Source: Hemiscyllium ocellatum (lineage: Eukaryota). Taken from it: a stretch of 64,000 bases of DNA. The position numbers and the translations under genes were made by a program. The notes under the pieces are model-generated. The model was not told the origin of the DNA. It made no database searches and saw nothing but the letters and a program-made list of their open reading frames with translations. Within the stretch, counting starts at the first letter, position 1. Each line of letters starts with the position of its first letter. The stretch covers positions 4,357,239 through 4,421,238 of the forward strand of contig NW_026867487.1 in the NCBI RefSeq assembly GCF_020745735.1. The letters are read 5' to 3'. Shown here piece by piece: positions 12,106-23,925 of this stretch.

Positions 12106-12518
12106 CCGCCCCCCCCCCCCCCCCCCACTCTCTCGTGTTCTCTTTATGTTGGTAGATTCAGTATTACTTTCTCCTGTACAGGAGAGAGCACGTGAGGAAG
12201 GTGTGTTCTGCTGTTTTGCCTTAGCCTCGTTTGCATTTTTGGGATACTGCTGTACACGACCGGTTGATGATGACTGCTTAAATAATAAATTATTTTATTA
12301 CGTTTGTCCATAGAGTTAAAGCTATGCCAATTCTCCCTTTCCTGTTTCACTCTTGCTGTGTACTTAGAATAAAGTATGCTTTGCTTAAAGCCTAGTGGTG
12401 GAGAAATTAAATTACATCTGGAACAAAACGTCTTGCAGTTGCTTTTGTTTAAATAAAGTGTTCAGTGCTAGGCTATTTCCTTAAAATAATTTGAAGGTGT
12501 TTGGCACGGTCCACAGCA
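11960..12518 (+). mobile_element. Possible solo-LTR remnant with (CT)n tract (paralogues ~32700-33234 truncated, ~52280-52840)
   Basis: Internal (CT)n microsatellite, AATAAA signals and an end at ...GGTCCACAGCA. The resemblance to shark LTRs is from recall only. Confidence 0.3.
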
Positions 12519-15500
12519 CTAGTCACTGAGTCAATCCTCCACGCATCCAGTTTATTGTCAACTGGAGCATATCTTGAGCAACTCCTTATTTATCGATCCA
12601 TCCACCAACACTTTGTTCGGAACATCTCGTTTTCTGGCAACGATTCAGCTTACAAAAACATTTACTCTTATAATTGTCCAAATAGCTCCATAGTTTTGGC
12701 AACTACACAACGCCCAGGGAGCAGAGTGAACATGCAGTTATGTCCCTCCGTATAGCTCTGATACGAATCATTCTATCAGCGCTGTTGTTTTGTGTTTTGC
12801 TGTTTGCCACATTAACAAGACCAATGATTCCAATGAACGTTAATGTCATCATTTGTCCACACGTCTTCACCACCTTCTTTCTGATCTAACACATCGATCA
12901 ACCTTTTGTTCATCTGCCTTGATATTTCCTTATTTCATCAGGTATCAAATAGTCTGACCGTATACACTGTACAAGCTGAGGAAACAAATGGGACTTGCAC
13001 ATTTGTAACTGCTAAGTAGGAATGCGCAAAAAATTGAATTGCCGATAACTACCACATACCACTCAATATTAAGAACTACTATCAGGAAATGTAAAACCCA
13101 CATATAAAAGACCTATCATCACGGAACACAATATATAAGCGATTTCAAATATTGCACCTTCGTTGAATTTGTTCAAACGTTTCCATTATGAATTCTGAAG
13201 ATCACATTAACAACAAGGGCTGCTCAGTAGGATCTCGCTCTGCTGCAACAATTACATTCATTTTAATGTCTCACTCTAGATTTCTATTATCACTGCATGT
13301 ATTTTAGACTCTATTCTAATAATAGTGCTAAATAATTCATTTTGCAAAATAATTATAAAATCAGTGCTTGAAAATTCCATTTTACTACATTGTCATATAT
13401 AATGATGATAAGCATTACAAAAACACGAGAATATTTCAATAAGTTAGAGTAAAGCTTAATGATCAGTAACAAGACAAATTAAAATTCAATATATTACAAT
13501 ACGTATTTCATCAACGTAAAAACGTGCAGAATGGTAAGTTTGTAACATTTTTAATACTCTATGATGAAAGCGCAAAGATTGCACTCTAATCCAGCAAATC
13601 ATTATCAATTTCATAATATTGTAACACATGTAAAGTTCATTATGCTCAGGCACCTCTGATTATTCACAATATTCAGCCCATTCTGCAAGGGAATGTACAA
13701 AATATCTGAAGGTTTAGAAAAGCTAGATAACTTACTTGGCATCCATGACTTACCAGGCGCACCAATATCAGGGAGAATCGGATAGCAAACAGCAAAGACT
13801 GGACCATCTTTTGGGAAAGATAAGGAATTACTAATGCTATAGAATTTAACACAGAGAACCTGCCAAATCCTCCTTTATTTATTCCGAGTCAGATCCCCCC
13901 GAGGTAGAAATGAGTATCTTCGATGCAGTTCACGGAACAAACAGATTAATTCATGGGTTTATGACATCTGTTTGCAACTTCAACGATGGCAATCATTCCA
14001 TTATGGACTTGTTTCCACTGGATAATTATTGCTACATGAGAGACCCAGCCTAAAGTGTATTCAAATATAAATCTTCCGTTCAATCCACATTTAAGACAAC
14101 TGATAAACAATCAACATTTATCTCACCACATAGGATCTTGAGGGAAGATGGTGAACTATGCTACCTCTGTTGTGTGCTCTTAGAACTGTCCACGTGATTG
14201 TGGATGAGGGAGTGAGACCTTCTTATTGTATTCGCTATTCAGTCTGCAATTCCACTTTATGGGAGTCGGATGTTGTGATACTTTGGATCTCATATGCCGA
14301 GTAGTAACAATAATTTGTATTATTAAGCCACCCCATTTCACTGTGCAATTACCAGGGGCAGCTTCAATAGTATTTTGTATCTGCCATTGGCCTGAGGAAT
14401 GAGAATGGAAGTTACTGGAGAAGTTCAGGAGGAGTTTGGGAAGTACAGCGGCACAGATAATTTTCTGGTGTTCGTTGCTGTCCCATATTCGTCCTGAACT
14501 CACAGACAGATACAAGCAATAGACATGTAAACATGAACCCTAAAAACCAGCCACTGCGCAGAGGGCTAGAAATGACACAAACCATCATAACAGACTGGCT
14601 CAGATAAATAATGAGTGGAGTAGAATAATAACCCATCATCGGAAATTGCACTTGACGGTGTCACCCAGCAGGGTAATGAAATGTCTGCATACAAACCAAC
14701 CAGCTCAGTCGGCAAAGCAACAATCGCATTCACAACCTGAGCTAAAAACCGTCGCAAAATGATATAATTCTTCAAGTAAAGTTGAACGTTTGGTCTTGAG
14801 CTCTGTCCTTGTACCTTTAAGAAAGTTCTTTTTGACTCCAGCAGGAGCTTCATTGTTTCTGTTTATTGTTGTCATAGTGTCATCTTGTGCATTTTACCTG
14901 CAAGCTTGAGAGTGAGTTTTGTTCAGAACCTTGTCATATTTGAATTAGCGTCGGGCTCATGGCACTTAAGAAAATGGTAGAGTCAGAGACGATGGCCTTA
15001 TAGATTTTTAACTGGGCAATCTTCGCAGTTTCATTCAATGTTACAGAGAATAACTCATGAAAGTTACTATAAAAACCAGAAGAACTGTGAAACATGAAAA
15101 CCTCAATGGTTCACAGTGACTGATGCAATAATCGAACAAGTAACTTGGAAACAGGAAGAGTAGTTAGGTGAGAGCCAGAACAGCAAGCGGAAGCTGAAGA
15201 CGGCGCTGCAGCACACTTGGCTCTGAGTGAACTCCAGGTTCCCTGTGAAAATTGAAATTGCACAGCGTTGCTGGGTTTCATTGGGAACTGATAGATGGTG
15301 AGAGTTCTGTGACCATCTTACTCTCTCAGTAACACAGTATCTGAGGTATAAATGGGAAGAGTTGAGAGGACGCACAAAGGATCATTTACCATGTAAACCT
15401 TCCATGCAAAACGAGGGTATTGGATCATTGTGTTTGTGCCTGTTCCTGGAAGGGGGCATGTAATTAGTTTCAATCCCATCGTTCTTTTCACATTCTGTCG

Positions 15501-16356
15501 CTTTTCAAGTTTAATCCGTGTCCGAGTCTTTTAACACCATTCTGAACGTTAGAATTTAAACTGCTACCACCATTCTCTCACATAGTGAATTATAAATTAG
15601 AAAACTGTACAATTTGTCAAAAAGCTAACTTTTTTTTTCAATTAATCAAACCTGATCTCGTTCATCATACTGTCAGACCTCTTGCTCATCAAGCCGATAT
15701 GGCATGCTCTATTCTATCAAACCCCCTGGTAACTTAGAGAAGCTCAGTGAAATTATCCTTAACCTTACATCGATACGGGCAATCAAACCTTGTCTTACGT
15801 GAAACCCAACATAACAGTCTCCTTTTATGCTCATTTATTCTCTCATAATCTGTAAATCTAGTTTCCACACAATCATAATCCTCCTCAGGCAGAAATCAAG
15901 GTCATTATATCACCCCATTTCAAGCATGTACTCCTTGCATTCCCAGTCCCCAGTCCGGCACACTCACTCCCTTCCTTTCTCTGGCTTCACTGCTACAGCT
16001 ATCATCTGCAGACTGTGAATCAAACCAATGAGTCTACTTTGGGTTTTGGGAACTTCAGCGTTTCTTTGTGAATTCGCCCTGCCCGATTCCAGCGGTTTTG
16101 TTCATGATCACACAGTGGAGAGTAGCTGAATTCCCATCAGTGGGGAACCTCTTATTCTTCGTCTTCTCCTCCACATTCTCTGATTTGAAATGTCCTCAGA
16201 TCGCTGTCTCATGTTTTGAGTTCTTCATCCGAGGTCTGTTTCGTCCTTCAGCTTAATTATTTTTACCTGTAAAATTTCCGTGTCCAGTGCCTATTATTAA
16301 AAAGATATTTGTCAAAGCTTATCTAATCTCAAAGGCAAACCCAGTGATGTTGGAAT

Positions 16357-16372
16357 CGGAAGTTGTTGTGGT
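16357..16372 (+). promoter_or_regulatory. ETS + RUNX composite upstream of the truncated psi-VB' leader (kept in all units)
   Basis: CGGAAGT (16357-16363) then TGTGGT (16367-16372), ~75 nt upstream of ATG 16447. Unit 2 has AGGAAGTTGTTGTGGT and unit 3 has CGGAAGTTGTTGTGGT. Confidence 0.4.
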
Positions 16373-16446
16373 GAGAACCATGAATAACTGAAGTCACTAA
16401 GATTCTCTCACAATATTACAGCTCTTAATCCATAATTTGACTTAGA

Positions 16447-16684
16447 ATGTGGTCACTATTTATCTTTTCCTTGTTATGCTTCATATAAAACAATTCATTG
16501 AGCATCCGGAAACTCAGAGATTATGTGTTTGATTGGATAGACTTATTCAGACTGTTGATACTTTTTATATGTTTTGTTCAGGAACGAGCGCCCAAGATTC
16601 AGTTTCCCAGCATCCACTTGAATAGACTGTTCAGGAAGGCCATAATACAACACTGAACTATCGTTACACAACAGCAGCATTAAT
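16447..16684 (+). pseudogene. Truncated family-B-like V head (psi-VB', unit 1)
   Basis: Leader-like MWSLFIFSLLCFI* (16447-16508, donor GT mutated to GA). The intron is homologous to the VB intron. Exon from 16582 reads GTSAQDSVSQHPLE*TVQEGHNTTLNYRYTTAA and similarity fades after CDR1; no RSS. Confidence 0.8.
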
Positions 16685-16917
16685 GCCTGAGTATGACGTT
16701 AATTTCTGAATTGACTTTCCACCATAAATCGAGAGAAGGATAAACCTCTCAATAAAAACAGAGACCTTGCGATGGATAAAGAAGTAAGTTCGAACGAGAT
16801 GTAACACCTGAAAATGTGAGACTGAACAAGGGAATGAGAAAGATACGAAAACAACAAAATATGCAATTTGAACGAATATTGTCTTTCATCGTCAACTGTT
16901 TCTGTTTCCCCTATAGT

Positions 16918-17015
16918 TGACGTCACATTTGAAAACACAGCCAATCGCAGCAAAGGGAAGCTCTATTCAATTTCCCAAGGAGTGAGGTCATCTCCCGAGG
17001 TAAGATTAAATATAA
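16918..17015 (+). promoter_or_regulatory. VB1 promoter: CRE, CCAAT and TATA-like elements
   Basis: Perfect TGACGTCA at 16918-16925, AGCCAATC ~16940 and TATAA 17011-17015, ~50 nt upstream of ATG 17065. CRE sites are established features of TCR V promoters. Confidence 0.6.
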
Positions 17016-17064
17016 GAGTCAGCAGAACATTTATAGTATGTTGTTTATGGTCGAAGCAGATATC

Positions 17065-17506
17065 ATGTGTTTACTGCATTTTTTATTGATAATAATGGCC
17101 GTGGTGCCTGGTAAGTCACAGTACAATTTGAGATTGTGTGTTTAATTGGATATACCTATTCAGATTTTTAATATTTTTTTCATGTATTTGTTGCAGGAAC
17201 GAGAGGCCAAGATTCAGTTTCACAGGATCCATCTGAATGGACCGTTCAGGAAGGCCATACTACATTACTAAACTGTCGTTACACAGCAGCAGCATCATTT
17301 GGAGAAACTCTCTTTTGGTACATCCAGTATCGTCGGGAAGCTCCGAGATATTTACTGCAGAGATACGATAAGCAGCAAGGTGCCAGATCTATAGATTTCA
17401 CTGACCGATTTTCTGCTAATTTGGACAAGGAGAAGAAAACGGTTCATTTAAATATCTCCGAGGCTCAAATCTCCGACTCTGCCGTCTACTACTGTGCACT
17501 GAGCTC
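17065..17506 (+). CDS. TRAV/TRDV: TCR alpha/delta-type V segment, family B copy 1 (leader 17065-17110, V exon 17197-17506)
   Basis: Leader MCLLHFLLIIMAVVP+G with GTAAGT donor, 86-nt intron and TTGCAG acceptor. Open exon GTRGQDSVSQDPSEWTVQEGHTTLLNCRYTAAASFGETLFWYIQYRREAPRYLLQRYDKQQGARSIDFTDRFSANLDKEKKTVHLNISEAQISDSAVYYCALS ends in a TRAV-like FR3 (DSAVYYCALS). Confidence 0.92.
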
Positions 17507-17545
17507 CACATTGATACAGCGAAGCAGCCAGCCTGTGCAAAAACC
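17507..17545 (+). promoter_or_regulatory. 23-RSS of VB1
   Basis: CACATTG + 23 nt + GCAAAAACC. Confidence 0.88.
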
Positions 17546-18108
17546 GGCAAGAAAACCCTTACATCTCTTTCTGCATAAGATCACTGAGCAGAATTATGAA
17601 TTGTTAGCATAATAAAAACAACATTTCATGATTGCCTTGCCCAATTGTTTTCTTTTTTCCATACTGATTCCACTACATTCTGTTTAAATTCCTCTTTATA
17701 TTAAGTTCGTCTTTTTTTTATTACTTACAGTGAGCAGGTGAGTAAATGGCAGATTCTGGTACTAAAATTTCAACAGGACTTATCATTCCTTATTTCCCAA
17801 AATAGATATTGATCCCGATAAAGTAGTCAAACTAGTATTCATGCCCAGTTCATTATTCTTTTGTACATCAGCGAGGTGACGTTGTTCTGATGCTGATTTT
17901 TTTTTATTATTCAGAGCAAGGTCGATTGATTTGTGAATCGTCTTCGATATACGAGAGTTGGGGATAATGCAGAAAGGCGGATACACGATAAATCACTTTA
18001 CAAAGTGGAGAAACAGGACTGAAGTTTCAAATCAAGCCATCCAACTTCTCCTCACGGGATCTTGGCTCACATTGTCTCTGAAGAAAAGGGCTATGAGTTG
18101 ATCTGGCC

Positions 18109-18122
18109 CCACCTGGTGGCAC
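18109..18122. promoter_or_regulatory. CTCF-like motif downstream of VB1 (paralogue 58477-58490; deleted in unit 2)
   Basis: CCACCTGGTGGCAC is 13/14 to CCASYAGRKGGCRS on +. The overlapping minus-strand reading CCACCAGGTGGGGC is also 13/14. Confidence 0.45.
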
Positions 18123-18943
18123 TTCCATAAATTAACCAATCGGCATTGTCAGTGGATATGACACATCTGAACTTCTGCTCAAATCTGCCATTAGTTGTGT
18201 GCAGAATCACTTCAGCTTCATCTCCCTCTGCTCAAAACCACCATTAGTTCGGAGCAGTCTCAGACACGGTGATACAAACGTGTAGCAAACCTTGTGCAGA
18301 AGCAAATCCTCAACATGAGCGAGATTGTAGATCACCTTATATCGAGTAACATCACTTTAAAAATGGGCACCGGAAAGAAAGTCTCGGCGTGTGTCCTATT
18401 AATGCTGAAAAGAGGAGTGAGATTTCAAATTTCGTCTATTCCATAATAAGTAAATGATAGGAAAAAAACACGGTGTAGTTATTTACAGTACATTTTAATA
18501 ACGTATTTTGCTCATCGGCATCTTCAGCCAAAAATGCTTGACACACACTTCACCATCACCCCCAGCCCACACCAACCAAACCTCCTCACAACCCACGTTG
18601 TTTAGATGTTTAGATGCATAATGCTTAAAATCTCAGAGAAAAATATAAATTGTTGGAAAGGCTCAGCACATCTAGCAGCATCTGTAGAGAGAAGTCAGAG
18701 TTAACGTTCCTGCTTGAGGGAAATTTCCTCTGAAAAGGTTGTAGCTCTGAAAATGCTGTCTGATGTGCAGAAATTAGGATGGTGTTAGTGTGTGAGAAGG
18801 AAACGATAAGTGGTGATAAAGCCCAAAGACAAAGAAGAGCAATTGGACAGCCCTAGCAGATGATAACGATCTGACTATGCGGGTGAAAGTAGCGTTAATG
18901 GGGATTTTTAGTGGCGAACACTATGTGTTGTATATTAATAACA

Positions 18944-21800
18944 AGAGTGCGGTGCTGGAAAAAAGCAAGGCAGGTCAGGCAGCATTGAAGGAGCAGTAAA
19001 TTCGAGGTCTTCGGCATGAGCAGTTCATCAGGAATAAGGCTTATGGGGCGAAGGACTAAGAGATAAATGGGAGAGGTGTGGAGCTGGGGCAACTTAGCTG
19101 GGAATGTGATAGTTAGATGAAGGTGAGGTGAAAGTGATAGATTGGAGAGTTGGTTGGATTGGGTAGGTGGGAAGGAAGATGGACAGTTTAAGAGGGCGAT
19201 ACCTTGTTGGACACTTGAGACTGGGCTAAAGTGGGGGAGGGTAAATGTGGAAACTGGTGAAATCTACATTGATCCTATGTGGTTGCCGGGTCTAAGGCGG
19301 AAGATGAGACATTCGTTCTCCAGGCGTCAGGCGGTTCGGCTTTGGAAATGGAGAAGGCCCAAGGTCTGCATGGTCTTGGTGGAGTAGGAGAGGGTGTTGA
19401 AGTTTTCAGCCACGGGGCGGAGGGGTTGGTTGGTGCGGGTGTCCGAGAGATGTTCTCTGAAGCAATTTGCACTTTGGGGTCCTGTCTTCCAAAAGTAAAG
19501 GCGACCATATCGGGTGCAACGGATACAGTAGATGACGTGTGTGGAAGTGCAGGTAAATTTCTGTGGAATGTAGAAAGATCCGTGGAAGCCTTGAACGGAG
19601 GTTTGGAGGAGGTTTGGGTGCACGGTTTGCAATTCTGCTCGTGGCAGTGGAGGTTGTGGTCTTTAAAGATGGAATCCATCTGGGATTTTCTCTGGTGAAA
19701 TGCAGAGCCTTCCACTCCCTCCACCCCAATCACAATCAATTCAGCAGACAAGGTGCGGGGGTGTTGTGGGAGTTTGAAGCGCCGACCTCACACTGCTGAA
19801 GCCAGGTGCCAACTCGCAGACCACTCCTCTTATTGCCCCCTCAACCACGATCTCACCTTCCATTACCAAACTATTAATTCCCAGATCATTCACAAAATCA
19901 TCACCTCTGAGTATCTCCCATCCACAGTCTCCAACCTCATAGTCTAAGAATGCCACACTGTCCAATTCTACCTCTGACCCAAGATTCACAAACCTGAATG
20001 CACCGGTCACCACATTGTGTTAGTCTGCTCCAACCACACTGAATTCATCTCTGCAGAACTAGGCACGGTCCTAACCCCTTCATCCAAGAACATCAGGACA
20101 CCATCCGCGCCCTTCACTGTCTCCAAGACCTTAGTTTCCCCGGCCTGAACATCTTATCTTTGCCATGAATATTCAGTCCCTGTACACGTCCTTCCGCCAT
20201 GACAAAGTCTTCCAAGTCCTCTGTTCTCTTTTTCCTCTCACACCGACCAAACCAGTAACATTTCACTGACACTCTCATTGAGCTGGCTTAAATGGTCCTG
20301 ACCATCAACAATTTCTCATTCCAATTCCCCCACTTCCTCTGAACCATGGTGTCCCGATTGGGCGTCAGCTACTCCTGCCTTTTCGTCGGATATGTGGAAC
20401 AGTCCATCTTTCACAACTACGCTGGCACCATTCCATACCAGTTCTTCTATTGTATTGATGACTGTATTGGCACGACCTCTTGCTCCCATGAGGACATTGA
20501 CTTCAACTTCTCAAGCACCTTCCACCCGATCTCAAATTCATCTTAACCATCTCAGATACCTCCTTCCCCTTCCTATACCTCTCCACCTCCATCTCCTGCG
20601 ACCAACTATACATGGATATTTACTACAAACCCATAGATACCCACACCTAACTGGAGTACACCTCCTCCCACCCTGCCTCCTGTTAGAACGTCATCTCTAG
20701 TTTCTAATTCCTCAGCCTCCACTTCCTCTGCTCCCAGGAGACTCAATTCTACCATAGAACATCCCAAATGGCCACCTTCTTCAAAGACTGCAATTTCTGC
20801 TCTGACGTAGTCGACGATATCCTCTAGTGCATCTGCTTCACTTTCCACACCTCCACCCTTGGACGCACCTCCAATCACAACAAGGTCAGAACACCCCTGG
20901 TCCTCACCTTCCACCCCACCAACCTCCTGGTACATTACACCATCCTCTGCCACGCCTGACAACTGCAAACAATTCCCAGCGCTAAAGGCATATTTTCCTG
21001 CTCACCCACATGTGCGTTTTGGAGAGACCATTCCCTCCACGACTCCCTTGTCAGGTCCACACCTCACACCAGCCCAGCCATACTCCCAGTACCGTCCCCT
21101 GTCCCGAAAGAAGTGAGATATCTGGGTACACACGTCCCCACTCACATCTGCACAAGATCCTTCCACATTCTACAGAAATTCACCTGTACTTCCGCATACG
21201 TCATCTACTGTATCTGTTGCACACGCTGTGGTCTCCTCTACATCAGGGAGACAAGTCACCAAAACGTGGATTGTTTCAAATAACATCTCTTGGACAGTCG
21301 CATCACCGACCACCATTATCTGTTGGCTGAAAACTTCAAGTCCCCGCCCCAATCTCCAAGGACATGCAGGTCCTGGGTTTCCTCCGTCGCCAAACTCTAA
21401 TTACCAGATGCCTGTGGAAGAATGCCTCAACCGTCTGCCTTGGGACAGGCAACCAGACAGGATCAATGTGGATTTCACCAGTTTCCGCATTTCTCCTCCC
21501 CAACTTTATCCCATTCCCAAGCATGTTATTTGGCACCGCTCTGTAACCTATCCATTTTCCATCCCACCAATCCGCTCTACCCTCAACTCCAACCGACCAC
21601 TTTTACCACCATCTTCATCTACCTATCACATTCAAAGCTACCCCTCCCCTAGAACGACACCCCAGCCATTTATATCTCAGCAGCACTCTACCCTCCCCCG
21701 TCCCACAACTCTCATTCTTGATGAAGAGCTTATTATCGAAATATCGATTATCCTGCTGCTTGGATGCTGCCTGACCTGCTGTGTTTCTCTAGCACCACAC
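18944..21800. mobile_element. Penelope-like retroelement, unit 1: inverted 3' arm (~18944-19700, -) joined to a 5'-truncated RT+GIY-YIG body (~19700-21800, +)
   Basis: Minus arm encodes FTCTSTHVIYCIRCTRYGRLYF...FREHL (GIY-YIG). The plus body has remnants of the PLE RT (PKIHKP, MNIQSLYTS, YSCLFVGYVEQSIF, YCIDDCIG) and a second GIY-YIG. Both ends carry the GATGCTGCCTGACCTG...AGCACC terminus. Many stops and frameshifts. Confidence 0.88.
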
Positions 21801-21879
21801 TGGACCTATAAATTAACAGACAATACAAAGTCTGGTTGTGAGACCTGGGATAGGGACTTGGGAGAGCTCCAGCCCAAAA

Positions 21880-22400
21880 TAAATCAGTATTCCGTCCAGA
21901 AGGCTCACGTTATCCAAGTGGAAAATGAGGCGTTTGTTATTTTTCTAAGTTGCACTGAGCTTCACTAGACTGTTGCAGTAAAACCTGAACCAAGGTATTG
22001 GATAGGGAACAGCGTGGTGTGTTGAATGTGCAGGATCATTTCATTGCGAAGAGAATACAAGTCTTCTGCATAGCGGCCACACAGCCTACACTGTTTCCCC
22101 AGTTAGAGTAGACGACATTGTGAGTCATGAATGCAGCAAATGAAATTGGATGAAGTGCAGGTATAGCACTGCTTCACCTGGAAGATATGTTTTGCTCCTT
22201 GGGTAATGAGAAGAGTGGAACTGAACGGAAAGGTGTTGCATCTTCTCTTACTGTAACCGAAGTTTTTGTGAGTCTGTGAGTGCTATTGGGATTGAAGGAA
22301 GAGTTGGGCAGTGTGTTCCAGGCGGACTGGTCCATGCAGAAGGCTGACAAGGAGGAGGAGGAAAATGTATGTCTGGAAATCCCACGTAGAAAGTTTATCA
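21880..22400 (-). mobile_element. Second Penelope-subfamily GIY-YIG fragment (paralogues ~39520-40020, ~63750-64000)
   Basis: The unit-2 copy translates GPKHIFQVKQCFTCTSFNLVYCIHYSQCRLIYTG on the minus strand. Confidence 0.75.
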
Positions 22401-22671
22401 GACCTCAACCCCTCTGCACTCTCACAATGAATGAATACGGAAATTCTCAACCTAATTTCAAAATCGAATTGCTTTTATTCACATAGTTGTTTCGATCATT
22501 TAATGCCTGAGCTTTGCTTAAAATCACTCAGAGTTTAAATTGTTTCTGCATTCCGTTGGCGATCAAACTTCTCTTATGTCATTCAAAAGCAAGCTTTCTA
22601 CATTCGGTCATCCTTTTCTGTGCAACAGACTGAGATTCTAATGTTTCTCTTTTCTAACATAAACAGCAACT

Positions 22672-22735
22672 TGTGGTTATCGACGTTATCAGAACGTCAG
22701 TTCAAGGTCGTCCTATCGCACGACTTGCAGGAAAT
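22672..22735 (+). promoter_or_regulatory. Candidate VA promoter: RUNX and ETS sites
   Basis: TGTGGTT 22672-22678 and CAGGAAAT 22728-22735, 100-165 nt upstream of ATG 22838. Conserved at 40307-40313/40363-40370 in unit 3, and the ETS site is at 25-32 in unit 1. Confidence 0.4.
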
Positions 22736-22837
22736 GACATAAAATTAAACGTAATCCAAGCTGACAGCGCGTTCATCTTGGGTGTTCTGCAGACTTTTGA
22801 GATACAAAATTTGACATCGAATTCCAAACCAGCAGCG

Positions 22838-23925
22838 ATGTTGCTGTCGGTTCTCTCTCTGACCTGCATTATCTCCATTGTTGGTAAGGAGTTTAAAAAG
22901 AAGTTTAATTGAAGGATTAATATATTTGAGAAACAGAGTGCAAGGATTTGACGAATTTTAGAGCTACATCAAAGCACGCTTCATACTTGCACGCAATTCT
23001 GGTCTCTGTCTTCCACAAAAAATGAAGGGATACAAACTGCAAGAGAAAAGCGATTTATCCAGATGTTGCTGGAATTGAAAGTTGGACAGAAATCAACGTG
23101 TCGGCTTGCGTCCATTTCTCCCCTAATGGGAACACTAAAGGGTATCTAGATTAATGTCTTTACAATGGTGAAAGGATCTTATGTTCGGGTCACGAAGCAA
23201 CATAGTAGAGTTGAGGAGGATTTCAGGTTTATACATCTAAATATGCAAGGTTAAACGGCACAAAATTATCTAATGAGGATGTTAGGGGAAAAAGAATAAC
23301 AGTTGCTTATCAGGAGAACAGGTACAACAGGTTTTTATTAGCACAAGGAGTAGTTAGAGTGACGAACAAATATGCACTTAAAAGGAAAGCAGATAAGCAG
23401 GAGAGGTAGAAAGGGATGGAGAGACCCACGATTAAAATGAAAGGAGAAATAAATGAGTATGCTTGTGGTTATTATGCACACAGCCATAAGGCCAACGACC
23501 TGAACGAGCCTCTTCTCCTCTAAATTCTATATATTTTGAAGATATCATGAATTTCTAAGTTCAGTTTATCTTAATCGAACATTTAATATTTTTTTCTGCT
23601 TTCCCTAATCTTGTGTTCTAGATCTGAGCGATGCAGTTTCTGTTACTCAACCGTATCTTTCGTTAACGCAGACAGAGGGACAAGATGTCACGTTAAAATG
23701 CACCTACACTGAAGATGGTTATTACTTGTACTGGTACCGTCAGTACTCAGGCAGAGAGCCAGAGTTTGCAGTTCGGAGGCACACGAGCGGTGGTGCTGAC
23801 TTGAAGGCAGATTTCGCTCAGACCCGGTTTTCTGATACCCTCCAGAAGACAGAGAAGTTGTACCAATTGACCATCTCGCAGCTTCTGCTGTCTGACACTG
23901 CCGTCTATTACTGTGCAATCAGCCT
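22838..23925 (+). CDS. TRAV/TRDV: TCR alpha/delta-type V segment, family A copy 2 (leader 22838-22883, V exon 23622-23925)
   Basis: Leader MLLSVLSLTCIISIV+G with GT donor at 22884. Open exon DLSDAVSVTQPYLSLTQTEGQDVTLKCTYTEDGYYLYWYRQYSGREPEFAVRRHTSGGADLKADFAQTRFSDTLQKTEKLYQLTISQLLLSDTAVYYCAIS. Confidence 0.94.

Noticed and set aside
14566-14853. Minus-strand ORF with Ig-like look (ELVGLYADISLPCWVTPS)
   Set aside because: It is the antisense reading of the repeat terminus also present at 5770-5870, with no Trp or YxC at V-domain spacing.
16112-16150. CACAGTG after ...PDSSGFVHD, possibly the end of a decayed V
   Set aside because: No nonamer (TGGGGAACC at 23 nt), no Cys/Trp framework upstream and no plausible leader-intron.
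16997-17006. Strong splice donor GAG|GTAAGA that could splice psi-VB' onto the VB exon
   Set aside because: Present only in unit 1, and psi-VB' has in-frame stops in all units.
21228-21968. 246-aa ORF and similar P/S/T-rich ORFs at 38638-39348 and 63051-63828
   Set aside because: Off-frame readings of the decayed Penelope 3' region and its C-rich UTR; frames are not conserved between units.
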